Source: a virus
Reading direction: 5' to 3' (one strand)
Virus record (IMG/VR): IMGVR_UViG_3300037484_000374
Coordinates: 32,001 to 96,000 of that record
Length of the DNA: 64,000 nt
This document shows, in pieces, positions 38,584 through 48,198 of the stretch (position 1 is its first letter; each line of letters starts with the position of its first letter). The position numbers and the translations under genes are program-made. The notes beneath the pieces are model-generated. The model was not told the DNA's origin, made no database searches, and worked only from the letters and a program-made list of their open reading frames with translations.

Positions 38584-39273
38584 ATGCCAAAACTATCAGA
38601 TAGTCCATATTTTTTACTGAAAGAATATTTTGAGCAAACAGTTATTGCCCCATCTGAAATTGAAGAGGGCGAGGCTCAATTAATATGGATTAATTTCACA
38701 AGCAGATTAGCCGATGGTTCATTTTTTCAGGTTCCGATCACACTAACGGATTCTGAAACGATCAGCGGCGGTGTGCAGTTTATAAATGATAATAATATAA
38801 CTTGGAATATCAGATACTTCGATGAAGAAGCAGAGATGGTCAACTCATACCTCATAGGGTCACAGACATCAATGGTTACAGAGGGTGCTGGTACAATAAC
38901 ATTATATATTGAGGATCATGATAAAGGTTTCAGGCCGGTGCTATTATCATTCAAATCACTTGCAGAGAATATGTTTTCTTTTGAACTTTCCCCTGAGTTA
39001 ATATACACGGAAGGAACAACCATAGTAGAATCGATTTCTGGAATAGCATATGAATATAATGAGTATGATTATACAACCACAGAGATAAACCCAATTGATA
39101 ATGCAATGAAAGTTTATTTTAGAAAAGATTCATTCTTCCACAATTGGCTTCTGACATATGCAGAAGATTTATTTTTAAGTAAATGGGATATAAAACTTAA
39201 CATCAAAAAATACATAAATACCGATAAGACATTCATATATTTCGGTAAAATATTCAAAACCTCTGGGGTTTAA
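38584..39273 (+). CDS. Hypothetical baseplate-region protein
   Basis: Packed between the gp6 and gp7-like genes. Confidence 0.6.
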   Translation: MPKLSDSPYFLLKEYFEQTVIAPSEIEEGEAQLIWINFTSRLADGSFFQVPITLTDSETISGGVQFINDNNITWNIRYFDEEAEMVNSYLIGSQTSMVTEGAGTITLYIEDHDKGFRPVLLSFKSLAENMFSFELSPELIYTEGTTIVESISGIAYEYNEYDYTTTEINPIDNAMKVYFRKDSFFHNWLLTYAEDLFLSKWDIKLNIKKYINTDKTFIYFGKIFKTSGV

Positions 39274-39277
39274 TTAA

Positions 39278-41053
39278 ATGGGAAACACATATCATATAAT
39301 ATATGATGGTCTAAAAGATTATGTTAAAAAGACTGTCCCAGTTCATCAACAAACTGGAAAGTTCAGCGAGTTTCTGGAAATATATTTTGACAGGGTACAG
39401 TCAGAAATTTATAACCTTCAAAAAAATATATGGACTTTATTAGACCCGATGGAGATTGACCCTGAGTATCTTGGTTACCTCTCAAAATTCTATGATATGG
39501 GTGATATCACTGATATTAGCACAGAGACATTAAGAAACAGAGAGTTCGTAAGAGATTTACCATATCTTCTAAAAAGAAAAGGAACAAACAGTTCCATATA
39601 CGATATATGGAAAGTAATAACACAAACAAATAACTATATAAACATATATGAAAAATGGCATAGTTCATCAATTACCGGAACGGTTCCAACAAGTGCGGTG
39701 ACAGAATACAATTATGTTAACCGACCAGAATATGACTACGATGTGACCCTCAGAACGGACGGTGCTGGTGAAGATTGGTATAAGGATGGATCATACCCAT
39801 CTTCTTTTGAAAGCACAACAGATGTCCAATCAACGGGTTACAGGATAGAACTTGATATGTGTAAAGAACCCATAACAAACACAGCAATTCTACCAAAAGA
39901 TATATGGGACAGACTTTATGAGTATTGGGAATTTATAAAACCAATAAACAGAGTTTCAGAGTATAGTATTGTTTTGGCCCCTATATGTGACTTCACCGGT
40001 GGTGATGTAAGTTTATACGATGTACCAAGCAAAACAGCATACTGTATATCAAGACAGAACATATATAATCTATGGGAAAATGGTGCTCATATAGAGATCG
40101 TTAATATACCATCAACAGAATGGACAATAACCCACGATCTAAGTAGAGCGAATGTTGTAACAGCGGCATATAACTTTGATTTTGAATTAATATTCCCAGA
40201 TAAGATTGAATACATCGATAGCGATACAGTTATTGCAATATGGCCAGAACCGACAACAGGATATTTCTTCACAAGGATAGTTGATTATTATCAGGAAAGA
40301 AGAACACCGACCACGGATATCTGGAAATTCAAACATTTACAGGCTCACAATGCTGGTGGGGAGTTGATCATACAGTTTAGATTACCTAACGAGATTCCAG
40401 AAGAAAAGGTAATGATAAACGATCTACAGCTTATAGATATTACACCGGACGATGAAACAGCGTTGGTTGATACAAACTATTATGTTGATACACCGATACC
40501 AGTTGAGACTGATGCACTTATAAAAGCATCGGACGCTATTGTGTTCCAAACAACACCATCAGATACATGGGAAGTCCTTCATAACCTACACTACAAGGGT
40601 GTTATAGCCAGTTGTTATGATAATGATGGAAGACAAATGGTTCCAGATAAGATAGAATTGATATCTGAGGTTGTTATGAGAATCCATTGGCCTGAACCAG
40701 TAACAGGTTATACAAGCGTTGTAGCGATAGGTAACATTGACTTCTATGACGTACTACTTGAAATACTCGAAGATGAGCAGTTATCCCCTATATGGCGCAT
40801 CAATAGTGTTGAAAACGGACTGATTGCACAGCTTTCGGAGTATGACGATGAGGGTGTAATTCCAAGAGATACTATTTATGAAGATGATAATTACTATTAT
40901 CTGTCATTTCCGCTACCAAAAGAAAACGAATATACCATCAGAGAACTTGGTATTCTTAATCAGAACCAAGAGTTATTGTTCTACACAAAATGCAGTGAAT
41001 TATATAAACCAGAAAATATTGACATGACTATTCATTATCGTATAAAAAAATAA
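39278..41053 (+). CDS. Baseplate wedge (gp7/gpI-like) with repeated WxxxHxL domains
   Basis: LKRKGT, IKP, WTITHDL/WEVLHNL repeats, IRELGILN. Confidence 0.65.
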   Translation: MGNTYHIIYDGLKDYVKKTVPVHQQTGKFSEFLEIYFDRVQSEIYNLQKNIWTLLDPMEIDPEYLGYLSKFYDMGDITDISTETLRNREFVRDLPYLLKRKGTNSSIYDIWKVITQTNNYINIYEKWHSSSITGTVPTSAVTEYNYVNRPEYDYDVTLRTDGAGEDWYKDGSYPSSFESTTDVQSTGYRIELDMCKEPITNTAILPKDIWDRLYEYWEFIKPINRVSEYSIVLAPICDFTGGDVSLYDVPSKTAYCISRQNIYNLWENGAHIEIVNIPSTEWTITHDLSRANVVTAAYNFDFELIFPDKIEYIDSDTVIAIWPEPTTGYFFTRIVDYYQERRTPTTDIWKFKHLQAHNAGGELIIQFRLPNEIPEEKVMINDLQLIDITPDDETALVDTNYYVDTPIPVETDALIKASDAIVFQTTPSDTWEVLHNLHYKGVIASCYDNDGRQMVPDKIELISEVVMRIHWPEPVTGYTSVVAIGNIDFYDVLLEILEDEQLSPIWRINSVENGLIAQLSEYDDEGVIPRDTIYEDDNYYYLSFPLPKENEYTIRELGILNQNQELLFYTKCSELYKPENIDMTIHYRIKK

Positions 41054-41066
41054 TATTATTTTTTTA

Positions 41067-41074
41067 TATAAATA
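41067..41074 (+). promoter_or_regulatory. T4-type late promoter
   Basis: TATAAATA. Confidence 0.7.
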
Positions 41075-41082
41075 CTATTGAT

Positions 41083-41471
41083 ATGCCCAAGAAACTATCA
41101 TATGATTATGTAAAGGAGCAGATTGAAAAAGAAGGATTTGAATTAGTAAGTAAAGAATATATTAATTCCAAGATTAAACTAAAAGTTGTGTGTCCAGAGA
41201 GGTATGAATATAAAGTAACATGGAATAGTTTCAATAGTGGTAGTAGATGTCCTGAATGTGATTATAATAAAAAGACTTCCAAAGTAGAAATTGAAATTTT
41301 TGAATATATTAAAACATTATATATTGGCACTCATTTAGTAGTGCTAAAAGAAGAGACACTATCAAAAACAACAATGTAAAGAAAAGGGTATTGGTTTAAT
41401 GGTAATTGATGAAGAAATTTATAATTTTAACAAAGAAAATGTTTAAATAAAATAGTGGAGTTTATAGAATA
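41083..41471 (+). pseudogene. Decayed zinc-ribbon endonuclease (one repeat, catalytic core deleted)
   Basis: One repeat plus SKVEIEIFEYIK; YWHS resumes in another frame; LELD..IEFNG segment absent. Confidence 0.8.
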
Positions 41472-41502
41472 ATGAAAAAATACAATAAAAAGGAATTTTA
41501 TC

Positions 41503-42477
41503 ATGTCGAGAGTCCATGAATGGCAGTTTTTACTTAACCGAGAAGGTCAACCAATAGCAGATACCAGCGTCTATATATACCTCGCTGGTACGGAAATTCC
41601 AGCACGAATATTCACTGATGAAGTTGGTGGCACAATGATCGATACAGAGCCACAGGTTACCACAAACGCTAACGGTTTTTTCCAGTTCTGGATCGCAGAT
41701 AACACAGAACAAAATGGATATGATATCAGCCAGAAATTTAAAATAAAATGGGCAAAAGCGGGTGTTGCATCAGGATATATTGATTGGGTCGATGTCTTCC
41801 CAAAAATTCAACAGGCCGTTGCTGTGGATGAGACAGACCAAACTTCTGTTTTTAAAGATAAATTGGTCAACAACAGACTTGCTTATCAATGGGAGGAACA
41901 TAGAGGCTGGACATATGCGGATGGATGGTCTAATCTACATGGTTTAGCCCCCGTAAATCTAACAGAACAAGACACAACAGACAAAAATAAATTAATATCA
42001 AATGGTAATGGCTATAAATGGGAAACCCATGTTAATAAAACAGACCCAACAGATGCACATGGTATGGGGGCCGCTGATCTAACCAGTACCAATACCGCCA
42101 AAACTAAACTGATCGACAACAACACTTTAAAAACTTTTAATGATGATCGTTTGGTTCAGTATTCCTACACATTGATTGGTGGTGACCCAGGAGTTGTTCC
42201 GTCATCAAATTGGGTTAAACCAAATGTTGGTGTCGAATTCTATTATACAGAGATAAATATAGCTAATGGTTACGAAGAGACATCATTTCCGGTTGTTCAG
42301 CTATGGGATACAGATACAAGAAAAGACATTAAAAATATAGACGTTTATCTTGGTGATGAGACACATGTTTATGATGCGGGGCAGACAATAACACTTGAGA
42401 TAAGTGGAGCGATTCCACCTTCATTAAATGCTAAAATATTATTTAGAAACGGGGATATAGGTTCTGGTACTCCATAA
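41503..42477 (+). CDS. Virion structural protein (fiber/head-binding-like N-terminus)
   Basis: VYIYLAGT..TNANGFFQFW; internal KxKLIxN repeats. Confidence 0.6.
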   Translation: MSRVHEWQFLLNREGQPIADTSVYIYLAGTEIPARIFTDEVGGTMIDTEPQVTTNANGFFQFWIADNTEQNGYDISQKFKIKWAKAGVASGYIDWVDVFPKIQQAVAVDETDQTSVFKDKLVNNRLAYQWEEHRGWTYADGWSNLHGLAPVNLTEQDTTDKNKLISNGNGYKWETHVNKTDPTDAHGMGAADLTSTNTAKTKLIDNNTLKTFNDDRLVQYSYTLIGGDPGVVPSSNWVKPNVGVEFYYTEINIANGYEETSFPVVQLWDTDTRKDIKNIDVYLGDETHVYDAGQTITLEISGAIPPSLNAKILFRNGDIGSGTP

Positions 42478-42833
42478 TGAGACTCTACAAATACATACAG
42501 TTATCATCTAAAGATCGGGACATCCTGAAATTTAGAGCAATCAACATTGGCCTAACAAATGAGAAGACCAATTATGATGATGTAGTGTTGCGTATTCAGA
42601 AGCAATTTGTATTAAAGGCAGACGCAACAGCGTTACTTAATAAGATAAACGAAGAGTTGGTAAGATTTTACAGTGGGAAATATCGATTTGACTTCATTAT
42701 TGATGAAGGGGTTGATGTTGATAGCATAAAAATAAGAGATAAAAAGCGTATTGATCTACTAAAACAGAAAGTTTTTGAGTTCAATGAGGAACTTAACTCC
42801 ATAAAGGAAGAATTTGAATCAAAAATACAATAA
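42477..42833 (+). CDS. Hypothetical protein
   Basis: 118 aa, translationally coupled; N-terminus MRLYKYI. Confidence 0.55.
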   Translation: MRLYKYIQLSSKDRDILKFRAINIGLTNEKTNYDDVVLRIQKQFVLKADATALLNKINEELVRFYSGKYRFDFIIDEGVDVDSIKIRDKKRIDLLKQKVFEFNEELNSIKEEFESKIQ

Positions 42834-42847
42834 ATTCCGAAGTTTAG

Positions 42848-42876
42848 TTTACATTTTAACAAAAATGTGTTATTAT
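42848..42876 (+). promoter_or_regulatory. Sigma70-type promoter for gp55
   Basis: TTTACA-N17-TATTAT. Confidence 0.55.
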
Positions 42877-42906
42877 TATAGTAATAAAAAAGAGGGAAAA
42901 AGATAA

Positions 42907-43353
42907 ATGACAAATAATTACTATATTAACAATTCAGAATTAGCCACAGAATTAGAATTTTTTAAAAAAACCTGTCAGTATAATAAGAAAGGTAAGTACG
43001 TAAAAGGAAAGATAAGTGAGGTTCTTGGTGAGATGATTTTAAGGATCGCCACCAACCTTGGGAATGATCGCTGTTTCGTAAACTATACATGGAAAAGTGA
43101 TATGGTTGCCGAGGCTGTTTTTACCTGCGTTAAATACCTACACAATTATGACAAAGAAAAAAGTGGGAACCCGTTTGGTTATATCACCATGATATGCAGA
43201 CATGCTTTCCTTAACTTTATCGCAAAACAGAAGAAACACGCAAAGATTAAAGATGTTTGTTTTAATTCTGTTGATGAGCTAATCGAGGAAGAAAATGAAT
43301 CCTATGCTCAGAGGTCAATAAATTATTCGATTTTGAAGATATCGAAAAAATAG
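42907..43353 (+). CDS. gp55: Late transcription sigma factor (gp55-like)
   Basis: YINN.EL, LGEMILRIA, FVNYTWKSDMV, KSGNPFGYIT. Confidence 0.92.
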   Translation: MTNNYYINNSELATELEFFKKTCQYNKKGKYVKGKISEVLGEMILRIATNLGNDRCFVNYTWKSDMVAEAVFTCVKYLHNYDKEKSGNPFGYITMICRHAFLNFIAKQKKHAKIKDVCFNSVDELIEEENESYAQRSINYSILKISKK

Positions 43354-43365
43354 GAGATATGTAAC

Positions 43366-44241
43366 ATGCCAATGAAAATACTTGGTGCAAACGGTCTTAT
43401 CGGTGGAACACCAGAATCATTAGATAACATTCCAAGCAATGCTGTAAACGATGGTGACTTGGCATTAGTATTGAATGGTGAAGAATGGAGTTTTTATATT
43501 TTAGATGGTGATAACGGCGGTGCCGAAACATTACCAAATATAATTGTACCAGATGATATTATTCCAATTGGATCATCACCAAAGCGTTGGAAATTGATTG
43601 GTGGTGGCGAGAACACCGCAAATGTAATTATTCAATCCGGTTCAGGTCTTTTCACAAATATTATCACTGCCCCAGGAGATGATCTTCATATTACCTCATA
43701 TGAAAATGGTGGTATTACCATCAACAACGCAGGTGATTTAATTGTTGAGAATGATGCATATTTTGAAGAGGATATTTATGTTGACGGTCAAATAATATCA
43801 ACGAACACTACTCAAGCACCGATGATTGTTTCATCGAGCATTATGGTTGTTGGATTGAACACAGAGTTTGTCGGTGGGGTTGGTGGTGATGATCTAATGA
43901 CCAGAGATGGTTCAAGGACTTTTTCAGCACCAATCGTTGGAGTTACCCCAACAGCACCGACTCATTTAGTAACAAAAGCGTATTCGGATGCTCATGGTAC
44001 TGCTTTAAGGGGCACTGAAAGTATACCAAGTGGGGTATCAAGTTTGAGTGTTACATTCTCATCGGTGTTGGCATCTGCAAACTATATAGTAATTACAGAA
44101 GTCACAAACGTTGTTGATGCAATACCATCTGTTTATGCCAAGGTGGTTACAGATAAACAGACCACTGGTTTTACCATCGATTTCAGTGATACTATTGACA
44201 GTTCAAACTATAAACTACAGTATTTGGTTGCCCTGTTGTAA
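43366..44241 (+). CDS. Structural/fiber-like protein
   Basis: PTAPTHLVTKAY and TDKQTTGFTI fiber-type motifs. Confidence 0.6.
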   Translation: MPMKILGANGLIGGTPESLDNIPSNAVNDGDLALVLNGEEWSFYILDGDNGGAETLPNIIVPDDIIPIGSSPKRWKLIGGGENTANVIIQSGSGLFTNIITAPGDDLHITSYENGGITINNAGDLIVENDAYFEEDIYVDGQIISTNTTQAPMIVSSSIMVVGLNTEFVGGVGGDDLMTRDGSRTFSAPIVGVTPTAPTHLVTKAYSDAHGTALRGTESIPSGVSSLSVTFSSVLASANYIVITEVTNVVDAIPSVYAKVVTDKQTTGFTIDFSDTIDSSNYKLQYLVALL

Positions 44242-44318
44242 TATTTATTATAGAACAAAACCTCTGACGCTTCTCATAAGAACAGCTGTAACAGCGGCGG
44301 TTATTTTTAGGGTGGTGG

Positions 44319-44347
44319 TTTACACTTCACCTTATTTTTAGTATAAT
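44319..44347 (+). promoter_or_regulatory. Sigma70-type promoter
   Basis: TTTACA-N17-TATAAT. Confidence 0.7.
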
Positions 44348-44373
44348 GTGTGTATATAATTTGGAGAATGTGA

Positions 44374-45384
44374 ATGAAATTTATCTTGTTAGCAGACCCA
44401 CATAGTGGGGTCAAAAAAGCAAACGATCATTGGCTTGATTTGTTTTTAGTTTTATACTCACAGATATGTGAAGAGGCCAAGAAAAGAAGCATCAAGCATT
44501 TCATATGCGTTGGTGATCAATTCCATAACCGCAGTTCTATCTCTGTAAAAACCCTATCAAAGAATGTTAAAGTTAGAAGATTACTACAGGATACATTTGA
44601 TGAGTCTTATTTTATTGTGGGAAACCATGATATGTTCTATAAGGATCAACACATGCCATCGGCACTGGAAATATTCTCTGATCACAAAGGCATTACTATA
44701 GTTGATAAACCAACAACCCTCGACAAAAATATCGTTCTTGTCCCTTACTTATTTGAGAATTCTATTTTCAAAACCCCCAATATTGATTTTATGATCGGCC
44801 ATTTTGATATTAATGGTATCAGATTGAATAAATCAGGGGTAGAGTCAAAGGGCTTCACATTAAACCAATCAGACTTCAAAAAATATAAAAGAGTTTTCTC
44901 AGGCCACTTCCATACAAAAGGTGATTATGGGAACATACACTATCTTGGTTCACCATACCATATGGAATTCGGTGACGATGGGGCACGGGGGTATTATATA
45001 TTTGATACCGAAACAAACGAGTTAGAGTTTATAGAGTTTTCCGATGCACCTAAATTTGTTACTGTTACCCATGATCAATTGACCGGACGTGAAGATGTCA
45101 ATGGTAACATAGTAAAACTTGTATTCACTGAGGACATAGGGACCAACGAGTCACAAAAGATTATCAACCAGATGAATGAATGGGAGCCACTACAGCTAAT
45201 CCCAAAATTCGACTTCGATAAAAAATTCACCAATACCAAACAAATAGAGGGAGAAGAGGTAGTCATAAAAGATAACAAGGAACTATTAAAGGGGTATATA
45301 GAAGAATCAGGTATACCAGAAAATTTAAATAAAACAGTTCTCTTAGATATAATTGATACTTTTTATAAAGAGTTGGTGCAATAA
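44374..45384 (+). CDS. gp47: Recombination nuclease (gp47/Mre11/SbcD)
   Basis: DPH, GDQFH, GNHD, GHFD, SGHFH. Confidence 0.92.
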   Translation: MKFILLADPHSGVKKANDHWLDLFLVLYSQICEEAKKRSIKHFICVGDQFHNRSSISVKTLSKNVKVRRLLQDTFDESYFIVGNHDMFYKDQHMPSALEIFSDHKGITIVDKPTTLDKNIVLVPYLFENSIFKTPNIDFMIGHFDINGIRLNKSGVESKGFTLNQSDFKKYKRVFSGHFHTKGDYGNIHYLGSPYHMEFGDDGARGYYIFDTETNELEFIEFSDAPKFVTVTHDQLTGREDVNGNIVKLVFTEDIGTNESQKIINQMNEWEPLQLIPKFDFDKKFTNTKQIEGEEVVIKDNKELLKGYIEESGIPENLNKTVLLDIIDTFYKELVQ

Positions 45385-45387
45385 CTT

Positions 45388-45732
45388 ATGACACCAGAAT
45401 TATATCTTTTTATATGTGAAAAAGAATGTATATGTTGGATGTGTAATCTATCATATGTAAATATTAATTTCGAAAGAGTGGTTGTTAAAGTTCATATGAC
45501 AAACGACAATCACGATATTGAAGAAATAGAGAGGAGAAAAGACTTCCTGACATGGATAAGACCATCAGAATTAAATACGTGGTTGATAGATGAAATGCCT
45601 TTATATGAGTATGAACAATTACTCGATGCTTTATGGGATACTGAAAAAATCATACCATATATTGTTATAAAACGAATAACAGAAGGTAAGACAGATTACA
45701 AACACTTAGAGGAAATATATGGAACGAATTGA
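45388..45732 (+). CDS. Hypothetical protein
   Basis: 114 aa between gp47 and gp46. Confidence 0.55.
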   Translation: MTPELYLFICEKECICWMCNLSYVNINFERVVVKVHMTNDNHDIEEIERRKDFLTWIRPSELNTWLIDEMPLYEYEQLLDALWDTEKIIPYIVIKRITEGKTDYKHLEEIYGTN

Positions 45733-47914
45733 AATAGTAAAAATTGAATGGAGGAATTTTCTCTCGTATGGTAACCAGTGGTCATCGTATGAGTTTAAAA
45801 TCGGTGTTACTCTGATCAAGGGACATGATAACGACAAGAACAGATCAAACGGTTCCGGTAAATCATCGTTCCTAGAATCACTTGTTTTTGGTTTATTCGG
45901 TACAACCATAAAGCCCATTAAAAAATCTGGTATCGTTAACTGGACTAATAAGAAGGGTTGTGAGGTAATGGTCTATTTCAAAAGAGGTGTGAACGAATAC
46001 AAGATTCACAGGGGCTTAAAGCCAAATGTATTTGATTTCTATATCAATGGGGTAGTTCAACCAAAATTAGCAAAAGTAATCGACTATCAAATAATGATCG
46101 AAGAAGACTATCTTGGTATGGACTTCAAGACATTTAAAAATCTTGTTCATTCAAATCCCAATAACTCAATATCATTGTTCGACACACCGAAAGGTGAGAA
46201 GAGAGAATTTCTTGAAAAACTGTTTGACTTGGGAATGTTTTCTGAAATGAACAAACTCATAAATGATAAATTGCAAAAGATACAATCTGGAATTATTGAA
46301 GATACCAATAATATTGAGAGCAATAAAAGAGTTATCAATGTTTTAAACTCTGATATAGATGGGGTTGATAGACAGCTTGCTGATATTTTGATACGTGATG
46401 ACAGCGAACTTGATAAATTGGAAGAGGTTGCCAAGGAGATAATTACCCGTGGCGTGTATGATAAAGATGTAGATACAGAAAGGAAACAGCTTTTAGAGGA
46501 TAGTGCAGAATTAGGAAAAGCAAGAGCATTGTTTACTGAGGTTGACAACTACATCACAACACAGGAAAACGATTTAAAAGTAGCTAATCGTGATATTGAA
46601 AAAATAAACATTACCGACACCAAAACTTCCTTGGAAGTAAAGGAAACAAAATATAATACTTTAATCGCCGCCGATCTCCCAACAAGAAAGAAAAAGAACT
46701 TAGAGGAAGAGATTACCCTAAAGGGTGAGATAAAAAAAATAACAAATTATATTGTTGAAATTAAAGAAGTCATCGCTGGTAGCAGGGGTGAATTAAAAGC
46801 GTTCCCTGATCCTGAGAATATTAAAGGGAAACATAAATGCCCAACATGCTACAGTGACGTTGATTATGATCATATCAAGGTCGAAATTGAAAAACTTAAA
46901 AAACCTATTGAAGAGAATATCAACACCAATACCTTAAAAGAAAAAGAGTTAACAACTTTAAAAGCTGGTTTCGAAACACAGATCACAGATATTGAAAGTA
47001 AGATCAAAACAATAGATGGATATATCAGAGAATCTGAACAGTTAGCGATTGATATTGAGAGGATAAAGAATGAACTTTCTACAAAAGAAGCAGAACTTGA
47101 AGCCCTTGAAAAACAAAAAGTGATATACACCCAATCACTTGCAGAGAAATATTTAACACGAACACCATTGACAGATGAGTTAGCAAAAGCTAATGTCAAG
47201 TATGATGAACAACAACAATATATAAGGGATATAGAAAAAGATAAAACATTATATGAGTTTAATCGTGATCAATTGGCTTCTATAAAAGAGTCAAATGAAA
47301 AGGCTATAAAGCAAAAGGAACAAATTCAGGCAAACTACACAAAGAAGGTTACCGAGAGAGATGATCTTCAAGCAAATAACAATAAACTCATAGGTGGATT
47401 GAATAAAAATAATACCGCTAAAGATTATCTCTCTTATCTAAAAAATAGCTTGAAGGATGAGAATGTTAAGCAATATGCTATCAGTTCGATGATACCATTT
47501 ATCAACAGACAGACAAATCATTACTTGTCAGAGACAGGTCACTCGTTCTATGTGAATATCGATGGATGGCTTGATGCCCAGATAATGGGGCCAGGAGTTC
47601 ATGACTGTGAATATGGGAATCTATCTGGCGGTGAGTCAAAATCAATCGATCTGGCGATGAAATTCGCATGTAATGACGTTGCAAACCTACAATCTGTTGC
47701 GGCCTGTGATATCTTAATACTTGATGAGATACTTGATAGTAGTATTGACACACAGGGACTTGAACAACTTATTGATATAGTCCAAGTAAAACAGAAAGAT
47801 AATAATTTAAAAGTGTTTATAATATCACATAGAGATGAAGTTAATGATATCGTTTTCGACAACGAGATTTTGATCGAAAAAAAGAATGGTTTCAGCAATA
47901 TAAAGGAGTTATAA
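45719..47914 (+). CDS. gp46: Recombination ATPase (gp46/Rad50/SbcC)
   Basis: NFLSYG, NGSGKS, zinc-hook CPTC, LSGGE, LILDE, IISH. Confidence 0.94.
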   Translation: MERIEIVKIEWRNFLSYGNQWSSYEFKIGVTLIKGHDNDKNRSNGSGKSSFLESLVFGLFGTTIKPIKKSGIVNWTNKKGCEVMVYFKRGVNEYKIHRGLKPNVFDFYINGVVQPKLAKVIDYQIMIEEDYLGMDFKTFKNLVHSNPNNSISLFDTPKGEKREFLEKLFDLGMFSEMNKLINDKLQKIQSGIIEDTNNIESNKRVINVLNSDIDGVDRQLADILIRDDSELDKLEEVAKEIITRGVYDKDVDTERKQLLEDSAELGKARALFTEVDNYITTQENDLKVANRDIEKINITDTKTSLEVKETKYNTLIAADLPTRKKKNLEEEITLKGEIKKITNYIVEIKEVIAGSRGELKAFPDPENIKGKHKCPTCYSDVDYDHIKVEIEKLKKPIEENINTNTLKEKELTTLKAGFETQITDIESKIKTIDGYIRESEQLAIDIERIKNELSTKEAELEALEKQKVIYTQSLAEKYLTRTPLTDELAKANVKYDEQQQYIRDIEKDKTLYEFNRDQLASIKESNEKAIKQKEQIQANYTKKVTERDDLQANNNKLIGGLNKNNTAKDYLSYLKNSLKDENVKQYAISSMIPFINRQTNHYLSETGHSFYVNIDGWLDAQIMGPGVHDCEYGNLSGGESKSIDLAMKFACNDVANLQSVAACDILILDEILDSSIDTQGLEQLIDIVQVKQKDNNLKVFIISHRDEVNDIVFDNEILIEKKNGFSNIKEL

Positions 47915-48129
47915 TGAGAGTATTTGGAAACTACGATAAAGCAAAGGAAAGTTTAGATGCAAAGAAAAAATATTGGATAAATTCACGATGTCCTTTTAAT
48001 GGTAATTTATGTGGATCAAGTTGTGCATTGTTCCATTTGAGTAAAGATGAAAACGGTGAACCTCATTTTGTAATATTGGGATGCAAGGGAAAAGAGTTAC
48101 GAATTTATATTGACGAAACAATAGAATAA
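47914..48129 (+). CDS. Small Cys-containing protein
   Basis: CPF..CGSSCALF. Confidence 0.55.
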   Translation: MRVFGNYDKAKESLDAKKKYWINSRCPFNGNLCGSSCALFHLSKDENGEPHFVILGCKGKELRIYIDETIE

Positions 48130-48161
48130 AAGTAACAACAGTGAGGACATCATCTTTTCAC

Positions 48162-48190
48162 TTGACAAAATATTGATTTTGTGTTATAAT
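48162..48190 (+). promoter_or_regulatory. Consensus sigma70 promoter for the endonuclease, short leader
   Basis: TTGACA-N17-TATAAT, 8 nt before ATG. Confidence 0.75.
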
Positions 48191-48198
48191 TAAGTATT

